From Intoshia linei (taxonomy: Eukaryota > Animalia > Orthonectida), in NCBI GenBank assembly GCA_001642005.1, contig LWCA01000093.1, forward strand, positions 1-56,007: a stretch of DNA of 56,007 nt, given 5' to 3'. How positions within the stretch are numbered: position 1 is the stretch's first letter; every line of letters starts with the position of its first letter. The notes beneath the pieces are model-generated. The model worked only from the letters and a program-made list of their open reading frames with translations, had not been told where the DNA came from and did no database searches. The translations under genes and the position numbers were made by a program. Positions 1 to 14,100 of the stretch are shown here, in pieces.

Positions 1-339
1 ATAAAATTAGCATTATCATCGAATTTTTAGTGCTATAAAATGTCGACTCTAATTTTTATTTATATTGAACTTATCTTTATTATTTTTATTTAGAAATTAT
101 TGTTAATTATGATGAAATTATCAATTTAAGTTTATTGGAATTTCATATTCAAAATTTATAATAAATTTTTTTTTATACGCGTAATATGTATATTGTGTTT
201 GATGTAAATATTTGGATAAAATATATAATAAAAACAAGACGTAAATTTTTGTAAAATAAGCCTTCAGGGTCTTTCGTATTTTAGAGATAATAATTTGAAC
301 ATTTTATATAAACTTTATTGAAAGATAAAATTTTGTTTC

Positions 340-714
340 TGTCATGTTTTGGTCCTTGAAGATCTTTATTCTACAGCAAAACTTATTATGAATAATTTCA
401 AGACAATTCAGTAATACGATTTAATACACAAATATATAGTGAGCGACAACTTGCTTGCTAGGGCACCAAGGCGCGGCTACCCTCCAATTTTGTAAGTGAT
501 ATTAATTTAACTGCAACTCCATCCATTGGGCACCAAAGCGCGGCTACCCAATCCAACTGACTGGTATTTTTAACGAATTTATATGTCGACAAGTTTAATC
601 ACCTTTGGGTAAATTATTTTAACGACTTTTCATGCCGAAAAGTTTAATCACCTTATGGTAAATTATTTTAACGACTTAGGTTGTCGACAAATTTACTGAC
701 ATTTAGGTCCTACA
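340..714 (-). repeat. Candidate 3' LTR of the gypsy element, with internal tandem repeats
   Basis: Lies downstream of integrase and is bounded by TG..CA (tgtcatg at 340, ctaca at 710-714). Minus-strand AATAAA at 365-370. Contains a 22-bp direct repeat (461-482 and 528-549) and a ~49-bp unit in ~3 copies (565-708). No second LTR in the window to confirm it. Confidence 0.4.
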
Positions 715-889
715 ACTCAACTCATATCTATAGCATTAACTAATCTATGCGACTATGTCTGACCATGCTATAATTTTAAATGTCCAAAGCAACCTTCTAA
801 AATCAAAAATTGATTTAGATTTATCAAAATTATTCATTTCAGCTTTTTTCATATTCTTACAGCTCAGCATAATTTTAATAACCATTATT

Positions 890-3270
890 AATCTTTAAAC
901 TCCACCTACCCCTTCATGATGGTACGCACGTGTTTCTGTTTTAACAACTCCCATTTTTTCACACAACTCTTTCAACAATTCCGATTCAAACTGTATTCCC
1001 CTATTAGTGTGAATCCGTTTTGGAACTCCAAATCTTCTTCAAATTAATTCTTCATAAATGATTCGTGCAACTGTTTCAGATGACATATCTACCATAACCA
1101 ACATATATTTCTTTCCATCAAAACTTTCGGGAAATGGCCCGCAATATCCAACTGCCACAGTTCATTCATTTTTGTGGTTACAACTGGTCTCATTTTCATG
1201 TTTTCTATGACCATCCTTATTTTCCATGCAATTAACACAACAACTCACATAAAACCTAATGTCATTAGCAAAACTTGGCCAAAAAAATTTTGACTCAACA
1301 AATCAACTAATTTTACCGTTCCAACATGCATTCCCCGAACACTCATGTAATTCCTGCATTAACTCTAATCTTTTACAAACAAGCACCAATGTCAACAACT
1401 CCTGATCTCTACGATACACAATAATCCCATTTTCTAATCTCAACCTATTTCGAATATTCCAATATACCGAATCAACTTTTGATCCATCCTTTCCTCTACT
1501 CACCTTTTCTACATAAATTTTCATTAAGTTCCAATTAGTATTTTCCAACTCTGCATCCTTAATTTTCAACTCGTTATGCTCACCAATCACAACGTTCAAC
1601 CTTTACAACGCATCAGCACTTAAATTAAATTTCGCAGGTCTGTACTGAATCTCATAATCATACAACTTTAACAACTGATTATGAATTTATCTCAACTTCA
1701 TACTTGAAAGCTGTTTAGAATTTCTCAAAATCAACAGATTATGATAGGTAATTATCACAAATTTCCTCCCATACAAATATCTGTGATATTTTATTACAGC
1801 CCCGACTATAACCAATAATTCCTTATCTACAACTCCATAATTTAACTGATATTTATTCAACTTCTTACTAGAATATCCAACTACCTTACTGTCTTGCATC
1901 AATGTTGCACTCAACCCAATATTTCAATCATCAGTTTCCAACGTAAAGGTTTTATTCCAATCAACATGAACCAACTGATCAGCTTTACATAACGCAACGT
2001 TAATTTTTTCAAAAGTCAATTAATATTTTTTAGACCAATAAAACTATACACCTTACACGTCAACTTAACTAAAGGCTCCATTATATTAGGTAACCCTTGA
2101 ACAAATTTCCTATAATAGGAACAAAATCCACCAAAACTTCTCATTATTTCACAGAATCTGGAATCCTCCATTCCTTAAGCACCTTAAACTTATTTGGATC
2201 TGTTTTAACCTCAACTGAATCAATTATATGATCTAACACATTAATCGATTTCAACCCAATTTGACATTTTGCCGGGTTACAGTCAACCCATGACTTCTCA
2301 AATTTTGCAAAACAACTTTAACGGCCTTAACATAATCAACTTCGGATTTAGAAAAAATTATTATATCGTCTAAATAAGCTACTACACATGATAAACCCGC
2401 CAAAACCGTATCATTCAACCTTTGACAGGGGGCAGGCCCGTTATTCAATACAAACGGCAACACCTTAAATTGAAACAACTTATTACTCAACTTTAATGCA
2501 TTCGTTGCAAATACAGTCAACGACCTATGCTCTTTCTTCAACATTACTTGCCAAAACCCCTTTGACAAATCTAATGTACTAAACACCGAACCACCTTTCA
2601 ACAAATCAAACATCTTTTCTGGATTTAGAGTAGGATAAGATTCAACTTTAGTCAACTCTCTAAAATCAACTACAAATCTATTTATACCATCCTTTTTAGG
2701 TACCAAAAAACATGGCGACCTCCAACTACTATAAGATGGCTCAATAACACCCAACCTCAACATTGCTTCTAAATGTTATTTCAACTTTACTGTTAAATTC
2801 CCAGATGCCCCAAAAACGGGCCCTTTAATAGGATTTACCCCATCTCTCAACGTAATACTTTGTTTCAATAACGTAGTTCTACCTGAAGTTTCAGAAAAAA
2901 CACCTGGAAATTGTTTAATTAATTTATGAAAATTAAAATCCAATATCCCCAATTTATCACCTATTTTACCAAATTTGCGACTTTCATGGATTGTAGTTAA
3001 TTGCAGTTTACAACATATCTTGTTCCAACTCTTCAACAATATCAACAACTTCTTCTTTACTCAACACACTGTCCTTCAGATTAACCAAACTATTAGACAT
3101 AACCCTTTTCTCATCTGAATCACCCCTAACTATACCAAAATACCCACTTCCACTTGAATTCAACTCACCCGATTTCTCAAGATTGAAATTCAACGAATCT
3201 ATATCTACAATCTATAAACACACAAAATTTTTTTAAAAAATCACAACCCAACAACAATTTTATTTGAAAA
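890..3270 (-). pseudogene. pol: gypsy pol pseudogene
   Basis: ORF pieces 3008-3193, 2776-3048, 2251-2763, 1687-1914 and 1303-1599 are collinear parts of one frameshifted pol. The second integrase catalytic D reads N (IHTNRG). Confidence 0.9.
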
Positions 3271-3798
3271 TTAAATTTAACTTCATGTAATGATTGTAAA
3301 TGCATGTTAACATAATTAAATATTCATTATCATTATGGCGCATGATTTAAACGATATTAATTACGATACTCTATTTACTATATACGAATTTTAACAAAAA
3401 AAAGTACTGATGGATACAGGTGGCGCTCTCGAAAACCATGCACAAAGGAAATGTCCAAATTAAATAACTTATATAGTCTTAAATTAATTAATATTAATTA
3501 AATTTTAATGTTATTCTTAAGATTTTATTGTTATAATTTTTATCAACATTCAGTGTAAAATATTTAAGTTACTATTGTTAGTGTAAAGAAGTCGATTATT
3601 CGAGTAGGTGTTTAATTATACAATGATAATTTAAAATAATAATTAAGATTCTTGGACAGTATAGTAACATATAGTATCAATATATATATTGTAAATAGTC
3701 AATATCTATGGATATTTACTACATCTCCATATTTCAGTGAAATGTGGGGCGAAAAAAATTTTTTTCATCAATGTGAGGATTATCGGACAGGCGGATAT

Positions 3799-4287
3799 TT
3801 AGCTAAAACAAAGGTCGAGTATATACTCGTAGTGCATTTGACACTGCTCGTTTAAACACGGTTCCATGTCACAATCAAGTGACTTTAATTTTTTTATTAT
3901 GTCAATAGTTGAAGAAATATAATTGTTGAGATTCATTTGCATTAAAATGTACGCATTATCGGTTGGTTTGTTAGAACGAACCTGGTTAATTGTATCATAA
4001 TTTGAGAAATGTGGTGGAGGCTTACGAACCCTGTTTTGATCGCTTTGTGGTTTGTATAATTTTTTTTCCTTTGATTTAATTGGTTTGTTAAAAATATAAT
4101 TGTCAGTGTGGTAACTTTTACTCTTCTGGACACGTTTATCGTAGTTATGTTTTATTCGAGCCATGTAATTACGATTGTGGGATTCAACCTTTTTTTTGAA
4201 TACGTCTTCATTGTCAATGTTATTGGATTTATATATCATACCGAAAGGTTTAGCTGATGTACGTCCATAAATTAATTCAATATGCAT
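3799..4287 (-). pseudogene. C-terminal integrase tail fragment of a second gypsy-like element
   Basis: ORF reads ELIYGR...MARIKHNYDKRV...QSDQNRVRKPPPHFSNYD. This matches the post-core ELxYGR and KxxYDKR segments and the terminal RxxRxRKPPxxxxDY motif of gypsy Pol. Confidence 0.6.
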
Positions 4288-4419
4288 CTCATTATCTCAA
4301 TATGCAATCATAATGCTATTGAAGTTACTGCTAGTACTTAATATCATTATCTCGTTGCTGAATGTTCAATGCTGAAAAACTTCATGTTTATGAGTTATAC
4401 ACCCTATTACGCTAGTATT

Positions 4420-4609
4420 AATTATTATACTATTATTAATTTTTTTTTAAAAAATTCTAAGAAATATGCTATTAATTCGGTATAAATATTTAATATGAAG
4501 TTTTCAAATAGCTAGTAGAATAAACTTGTACTCGAGTTATTGTTAAATTTAATGGATTTAATAACGAGTGTACTTAATAGCGAGTGTACTTATAAACGAG
4601 AAACTCCTG
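4420..4609. mobile_element. One end of a pogo/Tigger-family element (same family as 12472-13782)
   Basis: Reverse complement of 12472-12660 (aaattctaagaaa..tagctagtagaataaacttgta..). Ends acgagaaactcctg followed by TA. Confidence 0.75.
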
Positions 4610-4848
4610 TACTCATTATTTATCAAATAATTTAAATTAGTCAACATTTTCAATTAACTTTTTCGCACCAGCTACTGTTTCTACAAATAAACATACTGAA
4701 AAGACATTATTTTGTAAATTACAAAATATTATCTTTAAACAAAACATAGTTACGGAAAATACCGATACATTAAAATTCGCTACAAATTCAAAATATTGCT
4801 TAGATTTACTAATATACAAATATAGAAATTTACAGATAACAAAAATAT

Positions 4849-5149
4849 ATGGAAAGCCAAGAAAGAATAGAGTGGTTTGCTAAAAGGGCCCAACTGTCCT
4901 TAAGTTTATCAGTTGACCAAAAAAAGATGTTACTACACGATACTCATTATAGACAAATCATTAACAATTTTTTTACAATTCCAGATAAAACATTACTACG
5001 TGTTTCAATAAAAAATAAATTGAGTAATCTACAAAATCATTGGAATGATGAAATTTACTTGTCAAATAACATTCCAACTAGAATTGATGGGAAAACGTTG
5101 TTTTTAATAAAAACTAATGATTTAGCAAATGCTAATTTGGACAATATTG
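4849..5149 (+). CDS. Dynein HC-like exon 1 (ATG)
   Basis: ORF MESQERIEWF...; donor G|gtaata at 5150; phase 1 fits exon 2. Confidence 0.75.
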
Positions 5150-8100
5150 GTAATAATATAATTTAAGGATCTTCACTACGTGGCAACGTAATGAACAGAC
5201 GGTCTTACATAATCGATAGTTCTCTTTGAGAGGTTGTCTGTAAATTTTTCGTAAAATAGGTCTGTTATTCCAAATTATGCATATAAAAAAATTAATATTT
5301 CAATATTTTAACCATTTTAATGTCAAATTTAACCTGTCCAATTCGGATATGTTAAAAAGTGAATTGAGCTATGTTGTTGGCTTATTTTATACTACTTTTT
5401 ATTATATTACTATATTACTTTATTATAATAAAAAATTTTTAACGGCCTAAGGTGAGTTACAAGAGTATGTGCGGAGATTGAAATGGGTACCTAAGGGTAG
5501 TAGTAGCGCATATACTTGGGGTGCAGGAGAGACGAAATGGGCCCATAAAATATTTTAATTTCTATATTAACATTGTGACAAATTCAAAAATTTTCTAAGA
5601 CCCATTGTTTCAGTTTTATATATATAATGATAATTTATCGTTAATGTTAAGTATTAATTTTTATGCTAGTAACATGAGTTTAAGTTAAATTATCGGACTT
5701 AAAGTTGTTCATAAGCGCAAGGGAACTTGCCCAAAATATCGATTTTGATGAACAACTCAACAGTTGAATGTTCAATATTGAAAACTTTAGTAGAATGAAA
5801 ACTAGAATATATATTATTATTATTATAGATAGAATATTTAATAAACATATAAAAATTCCAATTTAAATACATTATATGCTTTTAACCCCTAATAATCATT
5901 TCCTTCTCCTGGCTGAAAACCCTAGATCAGCCACTGAAGGGTAGGTTATATTTTAATGACTTTATTGTTTAGACAAAGATTTGCTAACATTTGAAGTCGA
6001 TGATAATGCCTTTAAGACAATTTTAAACATATTAAAACACATATATTTACCTCTACAAAGCAATAAATACATTACTAATGATGGAGTAGACTCATCTCGT
6101 TCAATATCTATACACGATAACGCTACAATTATTGAATTACTGCATAAAATTATTGTCAACATTCAGCTCAGTATTGCCGATTTTGAGGTTATTTAAATTC
6201 AAATATATATTTATGATATATTTATACATATGTATATTAAGGTGTCCCACTAATTAAAACATTGAAAAGTATATTTCAGTATCGTAATTATTGGTGATTC
6301 TAAGAGAGTTTCGCGAATATTAGTGCACAATTTTGCAATTTAACTGGCCGACAAAGGTTCACTTTTTTTAAGAAAATGTTTTAAATTTATGTTTATTTTT
6401 AAATAATTTTATTATTTTTGTTAACTTAAAAGCCTTTTACACACACAAAACTGAACCAATTTTGATTTTTTTTATAGATCGCAGATATACAAGCGAGCTC
6501 TAATATATTAAAAAAAATGGTTGAATATTAAAAAAATTCATTGAATATTAAATATTTTTAAATTTTTATAAAATTTTTAACATTTAATTGTTTTTTCGTA
6601 AATTTGTAGACCCATCTGTGTAATCCGTAAAACCACACTCAAAGAAAATAGGATAGTTTTTATTTACGGGTATTATTTTGATGGATTTAATTGAATTGAT
6701 TGTATACATAGAGTTTAGTACTATGAAACTGGGATTTTACTCCAAATTTAAACAGATAATAATATGATATAAACCCAATACAGGGTTTTTTGTTTTTTTA
6801 AATTAAATTCAATTAAAATTATTTTACTGTAGGATAAAATAACGGTAGTTAGTCCATCGATGGAGTCATTGGAACAACTTGCATATAGTGATCAAGGTTC
6901 AGAATTTGCTTCTTCAATAATGGAAAATATTGTATTACATTGGTTAAAAGTTATAAAGGTAATAATCAAGTAAATGGTTATAATAAAATTTAGAAATTAT
7001 TGATAAAGACAGATGTATTTGAATATGCTAAAGAAAAAAACAAAACTGCTGATATTTTAGATGAAATTCATGTATGGCAAATGTATCACGAGTCTTTATT
7101 AACTATAAAAAATCAACTTGATACCGTTTCATCCCATGAAATTATTGACAAATTATCTGAAAGTAAAAGTGCTTGCATATCACATCTCAATAGATATCTA
7201 ATTGAAATTGAACGGGTAATATATACCTCAAAAAATGTAATGCATACTGAAAATAGATGTTAATTCGACCTTAATAGAGGTGGCCACAGCCAGATGTTAG
7301 TAATAGGGTGTTAAACTAGTTAAAAAAAAGTATTTTTGCCACATGAGTTCATTTTTTATTCTCTAGAAGTATATAAAATCTCAGACTTCAATTGTTAACG
7401 TAACCCTCGCGCAAAACCATAAAAAGTTAGGAATTATTAAAAAATATTTACAAAAAATAAACCTCCAATTTGAGTAAAATTCCTAGTACAGTGGAATCCG
7501 CTTATAAGAGACACCGGTTATAAGCTAAGTTAAGCTAAGTTATAAGCACGGGACAAAAAGCTAGAAACGGAATTAATCGTTTGTTTTGTATATAAATCAC
7601 AGATCGATATAAGAGACAAAAGTCCGCTTATAGTAAACAGTATATAACAGTATACAAAAGTGAGTTAAAATTTTACAGCCAAATAAATATTTTTATAATT
7701 GTGCGTTTTTATGAAGAATTGTTATCGTAATATAGAATAGTTACACTAAAAATTGATATAGAATATACAGTGAAATCCGGTTATAAGAGACAAATTGCTT
7801 GGTCCCGATGCGTCTCTTATAAGCGGATTCCACTGTATTACATGACAGATATTCGTGTTATAAAATGTGGCATAGATGCAGCTAAACACGATTAAAATAT
7901 ACAAAATTTTTTAATTTTTATTAAGAAACGAAGCAAGAATTTAAGTTTTTGTATAAAACTATAAAATTAATAAACTAAAATTCGGCTATTTTAATGAATT
8001 AATTGTCCGACGCAATGTTGTTACTGACTTTATTCAAAATTGGTCGTTTAAATTGTGATCTGCATTCAAAAATACACCCACCTACACATCTGACTTTCAA

Positions 8101-11100
8101 ATTGTGATAATTTAAAAAAATCTGACACCCTCATGATTAGGGTCTAATGCAGTATTTCTTAAAATTTTTTAAGAAATTATAAATACCAACTATGATGTTT
8201 TCACCTATAGTTTTTTTAATATAATATATTTTTTGACAGCCTGAATCGAAGAATGGTATATGAACTCATATATTATTACTCGAAGTATGTAACCACATCA
8301 AACTAATCAAAATCTCGCCATTCCAGGGCTGCGGAAAAATGAGTAGTGATTGTAACTTACCCATTTTATTAAAGTAATTTTTTTATTTTTTTAGAAGATT
8401 GTTGATAAAAGGCAAATGTGCGAGGGTTATTCTTAACGAAATTAAAAATTTTTTTTACTATTTATGTTTGACATACGAAAAATAAATAATTATAATTTAA
8501 AATTTAGATAATTATGAATTCCGAAGACGTATTGAAATTTTTGCATGTTACGAAGAAATTATTTGAGAAATTTAATTCAAATCTTTCATTCAATCAGTTA
8601 TTTGAAATACTTAATCCAATTTTAAGATTAATAGCTAAAATGTGGACATACTCAGTGTAATTGATAATTTAAGGAATATCATTTCCCTGGCTGCTACTTA
8701 TAAAGGCATAGAACCTTAATCATTATTTCAATTTTTAACTAAATTAACATATTAATTAATTTATCATAAAATGCGATCTAAAATTCTTGAATGCTTTGAG
8801 GGTTAGAATTAGGGTATCACACGAATTTAAAAATCAAAGGGAAATTAGTGCGAATCTAGTGTTTTTTCATGTGAAATAACACAGTTTAGAATGGGCTGTT
8901 GGAAAAATGAAGATTCAAGTGGGATTGATCATTTTAAATGCTCTTGTGGAAGTGATGGAGTAATAACTCACGTGTTGAAAAAATAATTCTAGATTAAGTT
9001 TTTCCTTAATAAGAAATCGACTATATCCGGAAAATTAAACTAAAAGTACTGAATATATATCATCACATTGAAAATAAAAAAATAGGTTCATACAATTTTA
9101 TTTTTCTGGAATTTATGCTATTTATGACAATTTTTAAAATTAGAATGTTTTTACTTTATTTTTAATATTGTACACACATTCTGTCTAATAAATTAAAAAA
9201 ATGGGATAGCAATTTTTTTTAAAATTTTTTACGAAAATGTTAACCAAAAAAAATTAAAATGGAATGATTCACTTTAAATTAAAAATTAATGTGATATGAT
9301 GGTTCCACCTGAAACAAGTTTGGGATCCACTCTTTTAAAAGATTGATAATAGTGAATAGTAGGATTACGTTAGATTTTCAAGTTAATTTATTTTTTTAGT
9401 ATAATAAAATTTTTTGTGCCCTCGGCAAAGCTAGATGATGTTTGTACGTAGTACATAACAGTCAGCGTAGTGTATCTATAATTAACGAAATCAGCACTTT
9501 ATAAATATGTTTCAGATGAATTTTACAAATATTTAAGGAATTGTAATAAATCTAAAAATGATAATAACAAAGTTGTATTACTTTTATTAATTCGTTGTTG
9601 TAGTTTTAATTAAAATTTTAAACAAAATGTATTGAAAATAACAATTTGAGAATCAAAAATTGCGAAGGAATGAATTTTATAGATTTCCACCCATATTTAT
9701 TTATTGTAAATGTGTAGAGGTTCGATGCACAATTTTTTTGAAATTATATGATCAATATTTAAATTTTCATTTTAATCGAAATATTTGCAAAATAATGTTT
9801 GAAAATATATGAAAATTATTTTTAACGTCATACATTTACAACTTTAAATTCTACATTTTAAATTCATAGCACGCATTTATTTTCTATTCGCAATTTGCAT
9901 CAAATATATAAATTAAATTTTAAATTTGTAAATAATTTATTTTGCATCTTAGTTAAATTTAATTATAATTCATTAATATGACACTTATCACGCTTATTTG
10001 ATATTCGATAAAGCAATTTATTCGATATTACAATTTTTCATTTTAAAATCGTTTGACCATAAAGAGGTTTCACTGTATAAAATTTATGAAATTTATATAA
10101 AAAAAATGGGAATAGACTTGTTATCAGAAAATTTGGGTATAAATCGTCAGTTCTCCTGCATCATATTAACGTAATTAATGTATTTTTTTAGTGAAATTAG
10201 TTGATTGATTTTTTAATTATTTATTATTAATTATTATAAAATTTTACTTACATATATTTATTATATTTTTGTATTATATAGGTATTATCATGAAAATGCA
10301 AATGTTCTGTTACAATTGTTTGCGAATCAAGTTACATTAGTAGCATACGATAAAATTAACATGAATTTTCTGGAAAATCCACAGAGTGTAATGATATAAA
10401 TTATATGTAGTTATCATTAATTCAACCAGTGTAAGCATGGTGAAACAGGGAATCCGCTATCCTAGAGGTGTTAAACCTCTTTTAGGAGAGAACAACGAAG
10501 TTTTTGCAAATTAAAATTCCCAAAATAAAGTTAAGATTATATTAATAATAATTTGACACAGTAAAGCATTTGTAAAGTAGTTACGTAAAAACAGCCACTA
10601 GCTTTTACGACGCGATTTATTAATTTTAAGACTGAATTTTTTAATGAATTATAGAAAATGCGGGTTTAATCCAATAATAGTTAAAACCCTAAAACATTGC
10701 CATATATAACGTAATATAACATCATAATATAAGTTATTACAGTGTTATGCACTGATATACGAGCTATTGTGCACTGATATAAATACTATTGTGCATTCAT
10801 ATACTATAAGACCATGAAGTTTGAAATTGATCTATACTGAATGGGGATTTTAGGATTTAATAAAAATCTGAAAAATATTAATACAAAAAAATTAATCCAA
10901 AAATTTTTTATTACATTCTGTATTCAGTATTATTATCACACACTACATTCAGTACAATTGAATTTCAAACTTCAGGGTTCTACAAATTTAATAAATCGCG
11001 TATAAACTTTAAAATTAAAAAAAAAAAAATTTAATTTTTTATAAAATTGATCAATCTTATTTTCACTGTTTATTAGTTCTATTAACTAAATTCACAAAAG

Positions 11101-14100
11101 TAGCCAAATTTAAATATAATACAAATTCTTTCGAACAAGATCATGTATTTGAAATGTCATAATTGTTAGAAAAAGACACTTCTATCCTATAAATTCTGTT
11201 TTTTATGAATTTTTGGGTAAAATAGGGTTTTATTGAGAAATATTTTGAGTATTGACAGATATTGAGAAACTCAATGGTTTTTTTGAGAGTTAGAAAATTT
11301 TAAGCACATCATCTTGTTCACAATACAAAGTTTTATCTTTTCCCCTTGGCTACTTTTGCATTGTTTAAAAAAAGTGTTTTAGGACACACCTTAATATATA
11401 TATATCATGTAAGTAATGGATGATTTCTGTGAAGAAGAGAATTTCTATTTTATATGAGTTTATATTTAGACTTGGAATAACGTTCAAATGGCTTTAAGTC
11501 TGTGTGCACGATTTCGTGGAAATTATTTAGGTAAATTTTATTAAATTATTAAATTTCACAATAGATAAAAATTTTGAAAACTTTGTGAAATTAACTACAA
11601 TCGTATTACATTTTTTTTTGCTTTTATATGTTCTAACTTTATTTAATTAGTATTTATATTTAACGGACACTAACTAATAAATATCCAGAAAATAGTAGTA
11701 CTAAAGTAAAGTGGCCAGCAAAATACGTATTATTACTTTTAGTTTATTTGGAATAAATTTTAAGCCGAAAATTTTTATTCGTCATCATTAATAAGTAATT
11801 TTGACTTTACATTTAACACCAAATAAACTAAAATTGATAGTACGTATTTTTCTGGACACTTTAACTAAAGTAGTAATTTTATTATTTATTACTTGAAAAT
11901 AAAATGAAAAATAAACGTAATTGAAAACTTTAATAAAAAATTGAGTAAATGAATAACGTAAAAGATAAATGTAGATAGAGATTAATTAAAATAAAATAAA
12001 ATTTTAATGTAATTTTAAAGTTATTTAAATGCAAGATTTAGTATTTGTCGTTAGATTCAATTTTTAAAAATTATAATTCCATTTATAACTTTATTAAATA
12101 CGACTTTTAGAATTTATTACTACTTTTGTTTAGATATCAAGTAAAAAGTAGTACTTCTGGTCGCACTATATTAGTACAGTAGGCGCTATTCATAACAACA
12201 CTTTCCATTACAACATCATTCTAGTACAAAACGTTGAAAAATGATGTTCATTTGTTACATTTTCTATAATAAATGTATAGAAAATCACTTCATCCAATTG
12301 AAATGACTTGTACAACAATTAACTCCTCCTTTAAGTTAATTGTCCAGAAAAATACGTATTATCACTTGTAGTTTATTTGGAATAAATTTTGATCCGAAAA
12401 TGTTTATTCGTCATCATGGATAAGTAGTTTTGGCTTCATATTTAACACCAAATAAATTAAAATCGATAGTACAGTAGTTTCTTGTTTATAAATACAATCG
12501 CTATTAAATACACTAGTTATTAAATACAAGAATGTTTCGAATACAAGTTTATTCTACTAGCTATTTCAAAATTTCATATTAAATATTTATACTGAATTAA
12601 TATCATGTTTCTTAGAATTTTTTAAAAAAAAATTAATTATTTGATTTAGTTATTATATTGACAGTGAAAACTAAAATTAATATTTAACGTTTAATTATTT
12701 TTATAACATAAATTGAATATAAGTATAATTATATTGTATAACATTAAAAATATTATATACAAAACCGAAGACTAAAAATAATAACTTAAATATTATACAT
12801 TGAATGTTGATAATGATGTTGATAATTATAACAATAAAAATGTTGAGAATAAGATTAATATTTAATTTTTATTAATTAATTTGCATTTAAGACTATATAA
12901 GTTATTATAATCTGATTTCATTTTATGTTTTTGGGTATATGCGATTAGTTTATCTACAGAAATTAGCATATCTTGCCTCTCATCCTCGGATGGTTCCGCA
13001 TCGTCCGTATATAAAATTTGAAAATCATTCATAAGTACAGAATCATCAACGTCCATAGATTGTTCTTCCCAACTAATAATAATATTTAATAGACGATCTT
13101 TTGAGCTTTTATTTCCGGGTATAGATTTTTCTGATCCATGAGTTAACGTAAATTTCGGAGATTTTTTATAAAATACTGCCGACTCGTCTGAATTGTAAAT
13201 TTGTTCCATAAAATACTTTTTTTCGGCAATTATATTATTAAACTTTTCAATGAAGCCAGCAACACCTTCACTATCAGCGGAAAAACGTTTACCTGTCATT
13301 TTACGGGTCGAAATTGAAAATCTTTTCTTAAATTTTGACAACCAACGGAATGATTTACCATCTTCAATTTCGTATATAATTTTTAACTTACAGTTGTTAG
13401 TAATTGTTAGTGTAGTAATATATCGCTACCATACTAATCAAGATTCGAATATATACTTTTGATATAACTCACTTGTGATGTCTAACTGGCAGAGTGGTTA
13501 TAGTCATATAATTGTAATCTGCGTGGCTAAGTTCGAATCGAGATTTAGACATCTTTTTATTTAAGATGAACTTATCAGAGCTCTTATCTGCCAATCGTTA
13601 CCGTTAGTAATTGTTAGTAAATAAATTTAAGGCAATTCTTCGTGTTATGCACATAATTTAAAATGAAAATAAGCAGACTTTGAGTAATAATTTAATTTAT
13701 TTTAATTTGGAGCCATTATTTCACTCAGCAACAATTTCAAAATTGATGTTTCATTGCTGTATTTAATAACGAGAAACTACTGTACGTATTTTTTCTGGGC
13801 ACTTTATATAAGAGACAAATCATCGGTAACGCATCTATTTTTAAGTAACTAAAATATATTTTTTACTGTTTAAATTGTATTGTGCATTGTTGACTTTTTA
13901 AAATAAAATTAAATATTATTTATATTATTGAAATGAAGCGAAAGTTAATTTATTTAATAACCAAATTACTAATTAATTACAAATATCACAATATTAACGT
14001 TTAAATTATCGTATAATAACATTTTCCATTACAACACCAACAAAATGTTGTAATGAATAGCATCTACCAGGGATTGAAGTTAGTTGGCAAAAATTATTAA

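Larger units (their letters stand above)
340..3290 (-). mobile_element. Decayed Ty3/gypsy LTR retrotransposon (PR-RT-RNaseH-IN order, 5' truncated)
   Basis: Minus-strand motifs in gypsy order: protease tail LLGCDFLKKF (~3200-3260); RT (SSWRSPCFLVPKKDG, RFVVDFR, TLDLSKGFWQV, YLDDIII; 2251-2763); RNase H (YSSKKLNKYQLNYGVVDKELL; 1687-1940); integrase (FWPSFANDIRFYVSCCVNC, WQLDIAG, FGVPKRIHTNRGIQFES; ~890-1360). Many stops and frameshifts. Confidence 0.93.

Noticed and set aside
461-708. CRISPR-like repeat/spacer array
   Set aside because: Only 2-3 imperfect units, eukaryotic context, no cas genes; better explained as LTR-internal repeats.
4637-4819. Divergent minus-strand ORF, and RFX/forkhead-like sites upstream of the ATG
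   Set aside because: The short ORF has no motifs. TAAACA and half X-box matches are expected by chance at this AT content.
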